Of a stretch of DNA of 64,000 nucleotides, positions 47,875 to 56,894 are shown one piece after another; position 1 is the first letter of the stretch, and every line of letters starts with the position of its first letter. The notes below the pieces were generated by a model. It ran no database searches and was not told the DNA's origin. It worked only from the letters and a program-made list of their open reading frames with translations. Made by a program: the position numbers and the translations under genes. The stretch lies in assembly GCA_045542075.1 (NCBI GenBank), contig JAZQKI010000042.1:19114-83113 (forward strand), in the 5' to 3' direction. This DNA comes from Eubacteriales bacterium. Its GTDB lineage: Bacteria; Bacillota; Clostridia; Oscillospirales; CAG-272.

Positions 47875-48426
47875 TTATTCAAACAGGAAGTTAATGTTGC
47901 CCGCAACAAGAGAAACTATGCCTCTGTAAACTATCTCGGGGTGCTCTCTGAAGTTGTCCTCCATCTTCTGCGCAAACTTGAGGTTATCTACAACAAGAGT
48001 GGTCGTGAGTATCGGCTCGCCCTTCTCGTTCACCTTGCAGATAACGTCGTATCTGCCGTCCTCTCTCTTCTCTATCTTGCAGGAAATGGTTATGCCGCGC
48101 TTTCTGAAATCGAGATATCTGAGCGCGCAGGAAAGGCTTTTCTGCAAAAGCGCCATGTGTATCTCCCCGTGAAGCTCGGTAGCGACGAGTCTGCCCCTTG
48201 AGCTGACAATATAGAGATCGTCTCCGTCCTCGTTCTGTCCGTAAACTTCAACAAGCCCTGCGTCAAGCATTTCGTGGAAGCTCTCCGCAAAGTCAAGATA
48301 AAGCACGTAATCGTTCTGCATAACGATGTCGTTTATAGTGATATAATCCATAGGATAATTTATATTCTGCATAAGGTAAAGCACAAAAATTTTTACGTTC
48401 TGCTTACCGCCTACAAGTGATCCCAT
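47875..48426 (-). CDS. DUF4364-like hypothetical protein
   Basis: 183 aa from MGSLVGGKQNVKIFVLYLM (AAGGAGGAAATAAT RBS). wHTH-like N-terminus. The family assignment is by recollection only. Confidence 0.6.
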   Translation of the reverse strand: MGSLVGGKQNVKIFVLYLMQNINYPMDYITINDIVMQNDYVLYLDFAESFHEMLDAGLVEVYGQNEDGDDLYIVSSRGRLVATELHGEIHMALLQKSLSCALRYLDFRKRGITISCKIEKREDGRYDVICKVNEKGEPILTTTLVVDNLKFAQKMEDNFREHPEIVYRGIVSLVAGNINFLFE

Positions 48427-48578
48427 ATTATTTCCTCCTTTTTTCAGTTCTACTGATATTTTACCATAAATATTATTTTTTTTCAATAGTATGGTTGCAT
48501 TTTCTGAAAAAATGTGGTATTATATACTCATATTATTTTAACATGTTAAAATATCCAATCTTGAAAGGACCCTTGATA

Positions 48579-49775
48579 ATGGCAAAAATAGCTATTCTTG
48601 GCTTCGGCACCGTAGGTTCGGGTGTTGCGGAGGTCATAACTCAGAACAACAATATTATAACTAAGAAAATAGGCGAAAGCCTTGATATCAAATACATTCT
48701 CGATCTGCGCGACTTTCCCGGAAGCCCCTTTGAGAGCCTTGTAATTCACGATTTTAATATCATACTGAATGACCCCGAGGTCTCCATTGTCGCGGAGATG
48801 ATGGGCGGCTCGCACCCTGCTTACGACTTTTCCAAGGCGTGTCTTGAAGCGGGTAAGAGTGTTGTCACCTCCAACAAGGAGGTCGTCGCAAAATTCGGCG
48901 CGGAGCTGCTTGAGATCGCTAAGGCTCACGGCGTTTCATATTTGTTTGAGGCGAGCGTTGGCGGCGGTATTCCGATAATCCGTCCTATGTGCAATGACCT
49001 GTCCTCCAACAATCTCTGCGAGGTCAGCGGAATTCTGAACGGAACGACAAACTTTATCCTTACCAAAATGGACAAGGAGGGCGCGGAGTTCTCCGACGTG
49101 CTCCGCGAGGCGCAGAAGCTCGGTTATGCTGAGGCAAATCCCACGGCTGACGTTGAGGGCATCGACGCGGCGAGAAAGATAGTTATCCTCGCGGCGCTTT
49201 CATTCGGTAAGCTCGCAAGCCCCGACAGTATTCACACCGAGGGTATTACGAAGATATCCAAAACTGCGGTAGAGGTTGCAAAGAAGCTCGGATATTCGGT
49301 TAAGCTCATCGGTCATACAAGAAATATTGACGGCAAAATGCTTTGTATGGTATCTCCCAGACTTATTCCCTCCACCAATCCCCTCTCAAGCATTGACGGT
49401 GTGTTCAACGGAATACTCGTCTCGGGCGATATGGTAGGTCAGGTAATGTTCTACGGCCCAGGCGCGGGCAAGCTTCCCACGGCGAGTGCGGTCTGCGCGG
49501 ATATAGTTGACATCGCGGAGCATAAGGGCAAGATACAGCTTCCCTCCTTTGCGGTTGCGACAGCGGATGATATGGCTGATTTTGAGTCCTACACCTGCGA
49601 CAGACTGTTCATTCTTAATAATGACTCTGCTCTTTCCCGCTTTGGCGATATACAGACAACTGTGTGCGAGGGTGAATATACCTGCATAATTGCCAAGAAT
49701 ATGAGCGAAGCGGATGCGACGGCTCTTATCTCGGACGAGAGCGCAGGAATTTGCGAGTCAATAAGACTTCTTTGA
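48579..49775 (+). CDS. hom: Homoserine dehydrogenase
   Basis: MAKIAILGFGTVGSG Rossmann start, catalytic region FEASVGGGIPII, C-terminal ACT-like domain. The upstream part of the listed ORF overlaps the neighbouring gene and was discarded. Confidence 0.92.
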   Translation: MAKIAILGFGTVGSGVAEVITQNNNIITKKIGESLDIKYILDLRDFPGSPFESLVIHDFNIILNDPEVSIVAEMMGGSHPAYDFSKACLEAGKSVVTSNKEVVAKFGAELLEIAKAHGVSYLFEASVGGGIPIIRPMCNDLSSNNLCEVSGILNGTTNFILTKMDKEGAEFSDVLREAQKLGYAEANPTADVEGIDAARKIVILAALSFGKLASPDSIHTEGITKISKTAVEVAKKLGYSVKLIGHTRNIDGKMLCMVSPRLIPSTNPLSSIDGVFNGILVSGDMVGQVMFYGPGAGKLPTASAVCADIVDIAEHKGKIQLPSFAVATADDMADFESYTCDRLFILNNDSALSRFGDIQTTVCEGEYTCIIAKNMSEADATALISDESAGICESIRLL

Positions 49776-49835
49776 TAAAGCATACGGGGTTGTTCTTGTG
49801 ACAACCCCGTCAAAATATAAAATCAAGGTGATAAA

Positions 49836-50585
49836 ATGAAAAAAAATACCTTTCTTTTGACTATAATCGGAACGGTTGCGTCAATTGTTCTGACGGTAAT
49901 TTATACGTTGCTGATGAATTTGACAGCAAGCCTTAGCTTTGCGGCATTTGCTCCCGATGCTCCCGTCATAGCTCTGCGCGAGCATACAACGATTTTTATT
50001 ATTGGCGCATTTCTTGTGTTTGAGGTAATCTTCTTTATCTATCTTTTCTCTGCTATGGCAAAGGAAAAGAGCGATAAGCAAGACGGTGTGCTGCTCGGCG
50101 GTAGGTCAATTGATGATAAGAAGAAATCTAAAATAACTCTTTCAAAAACAACAAAAATCGCGGGTATTGTTGGAATAGCTCTGCTTGTCGGAATGCTTGC
50201 CTTCAATGCGGGCGTTTATACCGAGGTGTCCAAGGACTCCATAAAGAAAAAGACATTTATAACCACACAAGAGTACACGTGGGATGACGTTTATAGATAT
50301 ACCTTCTCCTGCGACGAAAATGCCGAGCTTAAATATTCCGTGCAAATGACCGACGGAAAGTCCTTCCAGATACTTGTTTCATCAAATTCCTGCTCCGAGG
50401 AGTTTACAGAGGAGTTTGGCGACGTGTTGACCTTTGCATACTACCTCTCGTGTGAATTTGAAAGCAGTGACAGGCAGATCATAAAGGATATTGTGGGACT
50501 TGAATATATGGAGCAATACTATAAATCCAACGAGACAAATTGGTCGAAAATTGAGAAAATAATCAACGCGGGAGATACCCCGTAA
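49836..50585 (+). CDS. Hypothetical membrane protein (3 TM)
   Basis: 249 aa with RBS AAGGTGATAAA. No recognisable motif. Confidence 0.5.
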   Translation: MKKNTFLLTIIGTVASIVLTVIYTLLMNLTASLSFAAFAPDAPVIALREHTTIFIIGAFLVFEVIFFIYLFSAMAKEKSDKQDGVLLGGRSIDDKKKSKITLSKTTKIAGIVGIALLVGMLAFNAGVYTEVSKDSIKKKTFITTQEYTWDDVYRYTFSCDENAELKYSVQMTDGKSFQILVSSNSCSEEFTEEFGDVLTFAYYLSCEFESSDRQIIKDIVGLEYMEQYYKSNETNWSKIEKIINAGDTP

Positions 50586-50588
50586 CAT

Positions 50589-50622
50589 AAAAATCCGATG
50601 ACGCTTGTCATCGGATTTTTGT
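50589..50622. terminator. Bidirectional intrinsic terminator
   Basis: 10-bp stem atccgatgac/gtcatcggat with loop gctt, flanked by A and T runs. Confidence 0.75.
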
Positions 50623-50663
50623 TATTCTCCCTTTATCTTTTTCCAATATTCCTCTGCCGCGCG
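50622..50663 (-). pseudogene. Orphan duplicate of the last ~13 codons of rarA (...AAEEYWKKIKGE*)
   Basis: ctccctttatctttttccaatattcctctgccgcgcg (50627-50663) matches 51857-51893 with one mismatch. The frame and stop codon are retained, with a 3-nt deletion removing the final Gln codon. Confidence 0.7.
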
Positions 50664-50700
50664 AGGTTTTTCTCACCCCCGCCGTCACGGCGGGGGGATA

Positions 50701-51564
50701 TTATTCTTCCATAATAATAAACCTAATTCTTTCATTTCGTTCAACAATATACTCTCCTTGGTAATGAATACCCTTAATTTCGGCAGAACAGAAAAGAGCA
50801 TATTTTCCCTCTTCTGTCTTTGTTAGAGTATATTCTATATTTTCATACTTAAATTCATCGTAATTTTCTGCGACATTACCATATATCTCGTTAAGTCTTG
50901 TTTCAACCAGCTTACCCACGGTATCCATGTCAAAGTTGATTTTAACGTCTTCCTCTATTTGTCCAAACATAAATGAGGAATAGCTGTACAAACTTCCATC
51001 CCGATTAACACTGACAGTTGCAGTGTCCACCGTTTCTGTTTCATTAACAAATTTGGTAAATTTCACATCATAAGTCTTTGAAACTTTATTAATATTAACT
51101 TCTACGTTGTAATGTGTCACATCTCCAATAGATGACAGGAATTTTTTTGCTATACTAACATATTCATCTTCTGTCAATTCTGTGTCGCCTTTTATTTCGC
51201 TATTACCCCAAAAAAATGACGTTAGCTTCCCATCTGACGACACCGAAAATATGTTGTTTTCATCATCCATATACATATGTGTTGCATAGCAGTTTGGACT
51301 TTGTACTTTTGATTTCAGATATGTGGCGTTTATTGTTGTCCCATTCACCTCTATAGTAATGTCTTTATCTGCCTTTGAATCATAATATGATTTTCCGGTC
51401 CATTTATCGTATTCCACTTCACAGTCAACTCCAGGTATTGAATCTGTATATCCACAGATTTGAATGGAATATTTATCAGAAGTTGATGAATGTGACCTCG
51501 CTTCGCATGAGCAAAGCAATCCAATCAATAGAAAAATTATTATTAAACACGTTATTTTTTTCAT
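50701..51564 (-). CDS. Hypothetical lipoprotein on an AT-rich insert
   Basis: Start MKKITCLIIIFLLIGLLCSC (AAAGGAG RBS, lipobox-like LLCSC). No known motif. Hand-counted 60-nt samples give 27% and 38% GC, against 55% in a rarA sample. Confidence 0.6.
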   Translation of the reverse strand: MKKITCLIIIFLLIGLLCSCEARSHSSTSDKYSIQICGYTDSIPGVDCEVEYDKWTGKSYYDSKADKDITIEVNGTTINATYLKSKVQSPNCYATHMYMDDENNIFSVSSDGKLTSFFWGNSEIKGDTELTEDEYVSIAKKFLSSIGDVTHYNVEVNINKVSKTYDVKFTKFVNETETVDTATVSVNRDGSLYSYSSFMFGQIEEDVKINFDMDTVGKLVETRLNEIYGNVAENYDEFKYENIEYTLTKTEEGKYALFCSAEIKGIHYQGEYIVERNERIRFIIMEE

Positions 51565-51848
51565 TACGATGCTCCTTTCACAAAAAATCAAACATCTGCG
51601 GTACTTATAGACAAAAAATATTCTCTTCAACTATATTAGTCGCTAAAAAATCACTTTGGTTACAGAAAAAACGCATAGGTATGGCAGACCCGCCAATCTA
51701 TGCGTAAATTACCTTTTGTCAATAAACTCGGCAACTGCTTGTTGTCGGGCGATATTGCTTATAATTTATTTTACCATATTTTTACATTAAATATGTGAAC
51801 TATGTGTAAATCCTATATAATAGAACTGCTCACGGGTATGCCGAGCAT

Positions 51849-53069
51849 TTATTGCTCTCCCTTTATCTTCTTCCAATATTCCTCTGCCGCGCGCTCGGTC
51901 TTATTTTCTCCGTAGCGGTAGTATTTTTTACCCTTTATATCACTTGGCAGATACTGCTGCTTGACATAATGATTGGGGTAATCGTGAGGGTATTTATAGC
52001 CCTTGAAAAGCGGACTTTGGAGATGAATAGGAGGCTCAAGTCCAAGCCCTGCCTTGATATCCTCGTCTGCCGCCGCAAGCGCCATATATGCCGAGTTAGA
52101 TTTGGGCGCGGTCGCGAGCATCAAAGCTGCGTGAATCAGCGGAAGTCTTGCCTCAGGCATACCAAGCTCGCGCGCAGAGTCACAGCAAGCCTTGACTATT
52201 GCGGGGGCTATGGGATACGCGAGCCCTATATCCTCGCTGGCTATGACCTGAAGTCTTCGACACAAAGATATTATATCTCCCTGCTCAAGCATTTTCGCAA
52301 CGTAAAACGCCGTCGCATCGGGGTCAGAGCCACGGATGGACTTTTGCAGACATCCAAGCATATCGTAGTGGGTATCGTCATTGAAATTGCCCACACCCGC
52401 CGAAAACTGACTTGCGGAGTCTACCGTAATTATATCGTCCGACGCAAAATACGCGTTCTCAAAGAGTCCTATTGAGCGGCGCACGTCTCCCCTTGCTGCC
52501 TTGGAGATAAACTCAAGCGCATCGGGGGCGACTGATTTTTGCGTGTTGTTCTCAGTATTGAGGTAATCAAGCGCACGCAGGAGCATTTTTTGTATTTCGG
52601 TATGCTCGACGGGCTTGAACTCAAAGAGTGACGAGCGGGATATGACCGCGTTATATACGTAAAAATGCGGATTTTCGGTGGTGGACGCGATAAGCGTGAC
52701 GCGGCCGTCCTCGATATATTCAAGGAGTGCCTGCTGCTGCTTGCGGTTAAAATACTGTATCTCGTCTATGTAAAGAAGTATTCCCGACGCGCCAAAGAGG
52801 TTTGATGAGGAATTAAGCACCTCTTTTACGTCCGAGAGGCTTGCGCTGGTCGCGTTAAAACGATGGAACGACATTCCCGACATCTTCGCGATTACTCCCG
52901 CGGCGGTGGTCTTTCCCGTGCCCGGAGGGCCGTAGAATATCATATTGGTTATTCTTCCGCCCGAGAGCATTCTTCGGATTATTCCTTTTTCACCGAAAAG
53001 GTGGGACTGACCCACTATTTCGTCCATATTCTGCGGTCTTAATATATCCGCAAGCTGTGCGTTTCTCAT
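51849..53069 (-). CDS. rarA: Replication-associated recombination protein A (AAA+)
   Basis: 406 aa (LRPQNMDEIVGQ, Walker A GPPGTGKTT, Walker B LYIDEIQYFN), with a MgsA C-terminal domain. Confidence 0.92.
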   Translation of the reverse strand: MRNAQLADILRPQNMDEIVGQSHLFGEKGIIRRMLSGGRITNMIFYGPPGTGKTTAAGVIAKMSGMSFHRFNATSASLSDVKEVLNSSSNLFGASGILLYIDEIQYFNRKQQQALLEYIEDGRVTLIASTTENPHFYVYNAVISRSSLFEFKPVEHTEIQKMLLRALDYLNTENNTQKSVAPDALEFISKAARGDVRRSIGLFENAYFASDDIITVDSASQFSAGVGNFNDDTHYDMLGCLQKSIRGSDPDATAFYVAKMLEQGDIISLCRRLQVIASEDIGLAYPIAPAIVKACCDSARELGMPEARLPLIHAALMLATAPKSNSAYMALAAADEDIKAGLGLEPPIHLQSPLFKGYKYPHDYPNHYVKQQYLPSDIKGKKYYRYGENKTERAAEEYWKKIKGEQ

Positions 53070-53082
53070 TTATTTCTCCAAT

Positions 53083-54012
53083 TCAGTCACAAAACATATC
53101 TGTTGAGAGGTATCGCTCGCCCGTATCGGGAAGCAGTACCACTATTTTTTTGCCTTTATTCTCTTGCCTTTGCGCCAATCTTTTTGCAGCAGAAAGCGCC
53201 GCGCCCGAGGATATTCCTACAAGTATTCCCTCCGTGCGCGCCAGGCTTCTGCCCTCGGTGTATGCCTCGTCCTCGCTCACGGTAATTATCTCGTCGTAAA
53301 CACTCGTATCAAGAGCCTTGGGGATAAATCCCGCGCCGATGCCCTGAAGTCCGTGCGCACCCGCAATTTTCTTTGTAAGATAAGGGGATTTTGAGGGTTC
53401 AACACCCACTATTCTTATATTCGGATTTTTCTCTTTGAGGTATTTTCCTATGCCGCTTATAGTGCCGCCCGTACCGATACCACAGACGAAAATATCAAGG
53501 TCACCGTTTGTATCCTGCCAGATTTCAACACCCGTAGTTTCGTAGTGCGCTCGGGGATTGTCGGTGTTTTCAAACTGCCCCATTACTATGCTGCCGTATA
53601 TTTCCACGGCGAGCTGATTTGCTTTGTCAATCGCGCCTGCCATACCCAAAGCGCCGTCAGTCAGTACCAGCTCCGCGCCGTACGCCTTCATAAGAAGCTG
53701 TCTTTCTATTGACATATTATCGGGCATAACTATTATAACTCTGTATCCGCGAGATACACCGAGAGCCGCAAGTCCAATTCCCGTGTTTCCCGAGGTGGGC
53801 TCAATTATTGTCGAGCCGACTTTCAGTCTGCCGTCGCGCTCCGCTCCGTCTATCATATAAAGCGCCGCTCTGTCCTTGACTGAGCCCGCGGGATTGAGGC
53901 ACTCAAGCTTTGCATATAACGTCGCGCCAAGGGAATTTTTGTTGCAATAATTTGCAATCTCAAGCAGCGGAGTGTTCCCCACAAGCTCGGACACCGACTT
54001 ATAAATCGCCAT
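53083..54012 (-). CDS. cysK: Cysteine synthase A (O-acetylserine sulfhydrylase)
   Basis: MAIYKSVSELVGNTPLLEI, PLP-lysine region NPAGSVKDR, TSGNTGIGLA. Confidence 0.92.
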   Translation of the reverse strand: MAIYKSVSELVGNTPLLEIANYCNKNSLGATLYAKLECLNPAGSVKDRAALYMIDGAERDGRLKVGSTIIEPTSGNTGIGLAALGVSRGYRVIIVMPDNMSIERQLLMKAYGAELVLTDGALGMAGAIDKANQLAVEIYGSIVMGQFENTDNPRAHYETTGVEIWQDTNGDLDIFVCGIGTGGTISGIGKYLKEKNPNIRIVGVEPSKSPYLTKKIAGAHGLQGIGAGFIPKALDTSVYDEIITVSEDEAYTEGRSLARTEGILVGISSGAALSAAKRLAQRQENKGKKIVVLLPDTGERYLSTDMFCD

Positions 54013-54161
54013 ACCGCACCTCCAAAAATTACTGATATTATTATACCACACGCAAATTATACTGTCAACACAAATTTGTTTAATAGCGTCTGCGCCTATT
54101 GACTGTAAAATTTTTTTGTGATATAATTACTATGTATAATTATGAGAAAGTGAGAGTTTTT

Positions 54162-54971
54162 ATGTCACAAAGCGCAATAAAGCGCACGCATCTTATCTAC
54201 GGGATATGCTTGTCCGTAGTTATAGTGATCACGGCGCTAAGTATAATATTATCGTGCTATGCCATATACGGTGGCGGAGACGGAGAGTTTTCACGTCAGA
54301 TCGTAGCGGAGCAGTTTTCAAAAATTGCCGCTCTTGTTTATTTCTGCCTTGCGGGTATTGTCGGCGGTGTTATCCTGTCTATCTGCCTCCCTGTCATAAA
54401 GGAGTCGGCCGCTAAGGAGAATATCAAAAGCCTTAAGGCGCATCCGAATTATTTTATGACTCGCGAGAGACTTGCGCAGAAGGTATCTCTTGACAGCTGT
54501 GAGCCTATGCTTGCTAAAAAAATAAAAAACGAGCGTGTCAAGAGAGTAATATATGCCTGCGCTTGCTCGGTCCTTTGCGTAGCTTGCGCTGTTCCTTTGC
54601 TGCTTGAGATCTGCAATCCCGCAAATTACGACAAATATCTTATAAATCAAAGCATTATTCCTGCGGTGGTTCTCACTCTCATCTGGTGCTTGTGCGCTTT
54701 GATATTCTGTCTTGGACTAAGTATCATAACCCGTATAAGTCAAAAAGCTGAAATAGCTTATCTTAAGGAGGCAATATCCCTTGGGGCATCCGCTCCCAAG
54801 AAGGTGGATACCGCCAAGGCAAAAAAAGAGACCATTGTTTTGTGGTGCGTGCGAGGTGTTATTCTTGCGTTTGCGATAGTATTTGCTATTGTGGGTATTG
54901 TCAACGGCGGAATGGCTGACGTTCTTGGAAAGGCTATAAGACTCTGTACAGAGTGCATAGGATTGGGGTGA
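54162..54971 (+). CDS. Five-TM membrane protein ending in a CxxC motif (…LCTECIGLG*)
   Basis: The stop lies 4 nt before the next start. It is Cys-rich within its TM helices. The C-terminal CTEC motif resembles small CXXC proteins I recall (unverified) as partners of 4Fe-4S membrane proteins in Clostridia. The start is ambiguous (54099 or 54162). Confidence 0.6.
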   Translation: MSQSAIKRTHLIYGICLSVVIVITALSIILSCYAIYGGGDGEFSRQIVAEQFSKIAALVYFCLAGIVGGVILSICLPVIKESAAKENIKSLKAHPNYFMTRERLAQKVSLDSCEPMLAKKIKNERVKRVIYACACSVLCVACAVPLLLEICNPANYDKYLINQSIIPAVVLTLIWCLCALIFCLGLSIITRISQKAEIAYLKEAISLGASAPKKVDTAKAKKETIVLWCVRGVILAFAIVFAIVGIVNGGMADVLGKAIRLCTECIGLG

Positions 54972-54975
54972 TATT

Positions 54976-56853
54976 ATGGGCAAGATAAAAAATTGGTTTA
55001 TAGCTCACAAGCCCTCAAAGCGTAGAATAATTCAGCTCTACGCGGCACTTCTTTTCAATGCTAATATAAAGGGCTTTATCAAGGGAAGCATTTACACGGG
55101 ACCGCTGAAGAACGTCTGCACTCCCGGTCTTAACTGTTATTCCTGCCCGGGTGCTTCGGGAGCCTGTCCTCTTGGCGCGCTTCAGAATTCACTTGCAAGC
55201 TCAAATAAGCGACTTCCCTATTATATGTTTGGAATCATACTGCTTTACGGTATAATTTTCGGCAGGTGGATATGCTCGTTTTTGTGTCCTTTCGGACTTA
55301 TTCAGGAGCTTTTACATAAGATCAAGACTCCCAAGCTCAAGAAAAACCGCTTTACAAGAGTTCTCTCATACTTAAAATACGTCATACTCGTTGTGTTCGT
55401 ATTCATATTCCCGCTTATGTATATGCTCAAGAGCGTTCCTCTACCCGGATTTTGCAAGTATATTTGTCCTGCGGGAACACTTGAGGGCGCGATGGGCTTG
55501 CTTGCGAACAAGGTAAATTCAAGCTGGTTCTCAATGCTTGGTCCTCTGTTTACCTGGAAATTCATTTTACTTGTAAGCTTTGTGACCGGAGCGATATTTA
55601 TTTTCAGATTTTTCTGCCGTTTCTTCTGTCCTCTCGGAGCGATATACGGATTGTTCAACAAAATATCATTCTTTGGCGTAAAGCTTGATAAGTCCAAGTG
55701 TACAAGCTGTAACATCTGCGTAAGTAAGTGTAAGATGGATATTCACCACGTTGGCGACCAGGAATGTATAAGCTGCGGCGAGTGTATTGACTCCTGCCCT
55801 ACGGGAGCGATCTCCTGGAAGGGCTCAAAGATAATCCTTCACGCAAACGAAATTGATATAGACGAGAATACAACTCCCATCGGTACTCCCGAGCGCGAGG
55901 CTCTCGTGGCGAAAAAGAAAGCGAAGATCGATAAACGGAATAAGATCATTAAGATCAGTGTTATTGTTGCTATGGCGGCGCTTCTTATCGGAGCTCTTCT
56001 CCACTACAACGTATTCTACGACGACGGAAGCAAAACAACTCCTCCCGTAGAAAATCCCACAGAAACACCAACAGAGCCTATAATCCCCGAAACTCACGGC
56101 CTTGATATGACGCTTGATACTACAACAAACACATATATTGTGACAGGCATCGGTGACGTCACAGACACGGAGATAGCAATTCCCTCCGAATATGAGGGTG
56201 TTGCAGTCACAGGTATAGGCGCGGAGGCATTCAAGGATTGCACAACGCTTACTGCCGTCACCATTCCCGAGAGCATTACGTTTATTGGCGAAAATGCTTT
56301 TAGTGGTTGCGATAATATTGTTATCAACTGCAGAATACTCAAGGCTGACAAGCCTTCGGGTTGGGCTGAAAACTGGTGCTCAGATAAAGCAACTGTGACA
56401 TGGCTGCTTCCCCCCGTCGGAAATGCGGTCGGCAGTCTTTGTCCCACCATGACGCTTGACACGTACTCGGGCGGAACATTCAGCATCGAGCAGACTAAAG
56501 GCAAGATCACCGTACTTAATTTCTGGGGTACCTGGTGTACTCCCTGCGTTCAGGAGCTTCCTCATTTTAATGAGATAGCAAATGAATATAAGGACAGCGT
56601 TGCAGTCGCTGTAATACATTCCAATCTTGACGTTGAGACGGGCGGAGATTATATAAACGAGACATTCCCGTCAACAAATATGATAGTTCCTCACGATACT
56701 CAGAATGACGATTATTACATCACCCTGGGCGGAACGATATCCTACCCCATGACAGTTATAATTGACGAGGACGGAATTATAATTTTCTCCAAGGTTGGAA
56801 GTGTGACCTATAATGAACTTAAGAGCGTTATTGACTCCGCTCTTTCAGACTGA
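54976..56853 (+). CDS. Fusion protein: NapH/CcoG-like polyferredoxin membrane domain, TM anchor, PT linker, BspA-type LRR, and a TlpA/ResA-like thioredoxin domain
   Basis: Five CPxG motifs in or near TM helices (CPGASGACPLG, CPFG, CPAG, CPLG). Two ferredoxin clusters (CTSCNICVSKC, CISCGECIDSCP). Late TM IIKISVIVAMAALLIGALL and linker PVENPTETPTEP. LRR segment IAIPSEYEGVAVTGIGAEAFKDCTTLTAVTIPESITFIGENAFSGC. Thioredoxin fold VLNFWGTWCTPCVQELP (WCTPC at 56533-56547). Confidence 0.8.
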   Translation: MGKIKNWFIAHKPSKRRIIQLYAALLFNANIKGFIKGSIYTGPLKNVCTPGLNCYSCPGASGACPLGALQNSLASSNKRLPYYMFGIILLYGIIFGRWICSFLCPFGLIQELLHKIKTPKLKKNRFTRVLSYLKYVILVVFVFIFPLMYMLKSVPLPGFCKYICPAGTLEGAMGLLANKVNSSWFSMLGPLFTWKFILLVSFVTGAIFIFRFFCRFFCPLGAIYGLFNKISFFGVKLDKSKCTSCNICVSKCKMDIHHVGDQECISCGECIDSCPTGAISWKGSKIILHANEIDIDENTTPIGTPEREALVAKKKAKIDKRNKIIKISVIVAMAALLIGALLHYNVFYDDGSKTTPPVENPTETPTEPIIPETHGLDMTLDTTTNTYIVTGIGDVTDTEIAIPSEYEGVAVTGIGAEAFKDCTTLTAVTIPESITFIGENAFSGCDNIVINCRILKADKPSGWAENWCSDKATVTWLLPPVGNAVGSLCPTMTLDTYSGGTFSIEQTKGKITVLNFWGTWCTPCVQELPHFNEIANEYKDSVAVAVIHSNLDVETGGDYINETFPSTNMIVPHDTQNDDYYITLGGTISYPMTVIIDEDGIIIFSKVGSVTYNELKSVIDSALSD

Positions 56854-56854
56854 T

Positions 56855-56893
56855 AAAAAACCCTTGTGTTCGATTGAACACAAGGGCTTTTTA
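56855..56893. terminator. Bidirectional terminator between convergent genes
   Basis: 11-bp stem cccttgtgttc/gaacacaaggg with loop gatt, flanked by A6 and T5 runs. Confidence 0.75.
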
Positions 56894-56894
56894 T

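Noticed and set aside
49784-49810. 10-bp hairpin (acggggttgt/acaaccccgt) after hom, considered as a terminator.
   Set aside because: No U-tract follows; the next sequence is caaaatataa. It may only stabilise the hom mRNA 3' end or be fortuitous.
50676-50697. Strong GC hairpin (ccccgccg-tca-cggcgggg) after the AT-rich lipoprotein gene, considered as its terminator or as an attC-like site.
   Set aside because: It has no T-run on the minus strand and no extended imperfect palindrome or conserved R/L boxes that I can recognise. I kept it only as context for the insertion finding.
54013-54098. The regions upstream of cysK and of hom (48487-48578), checked for T-box or S-box riboswitches.
   Set aside because: Both are too short (under 100 nt) and lack the conserved T-box (AGGGUGGNACCGCG) or SAM-riboswitch core sequences.
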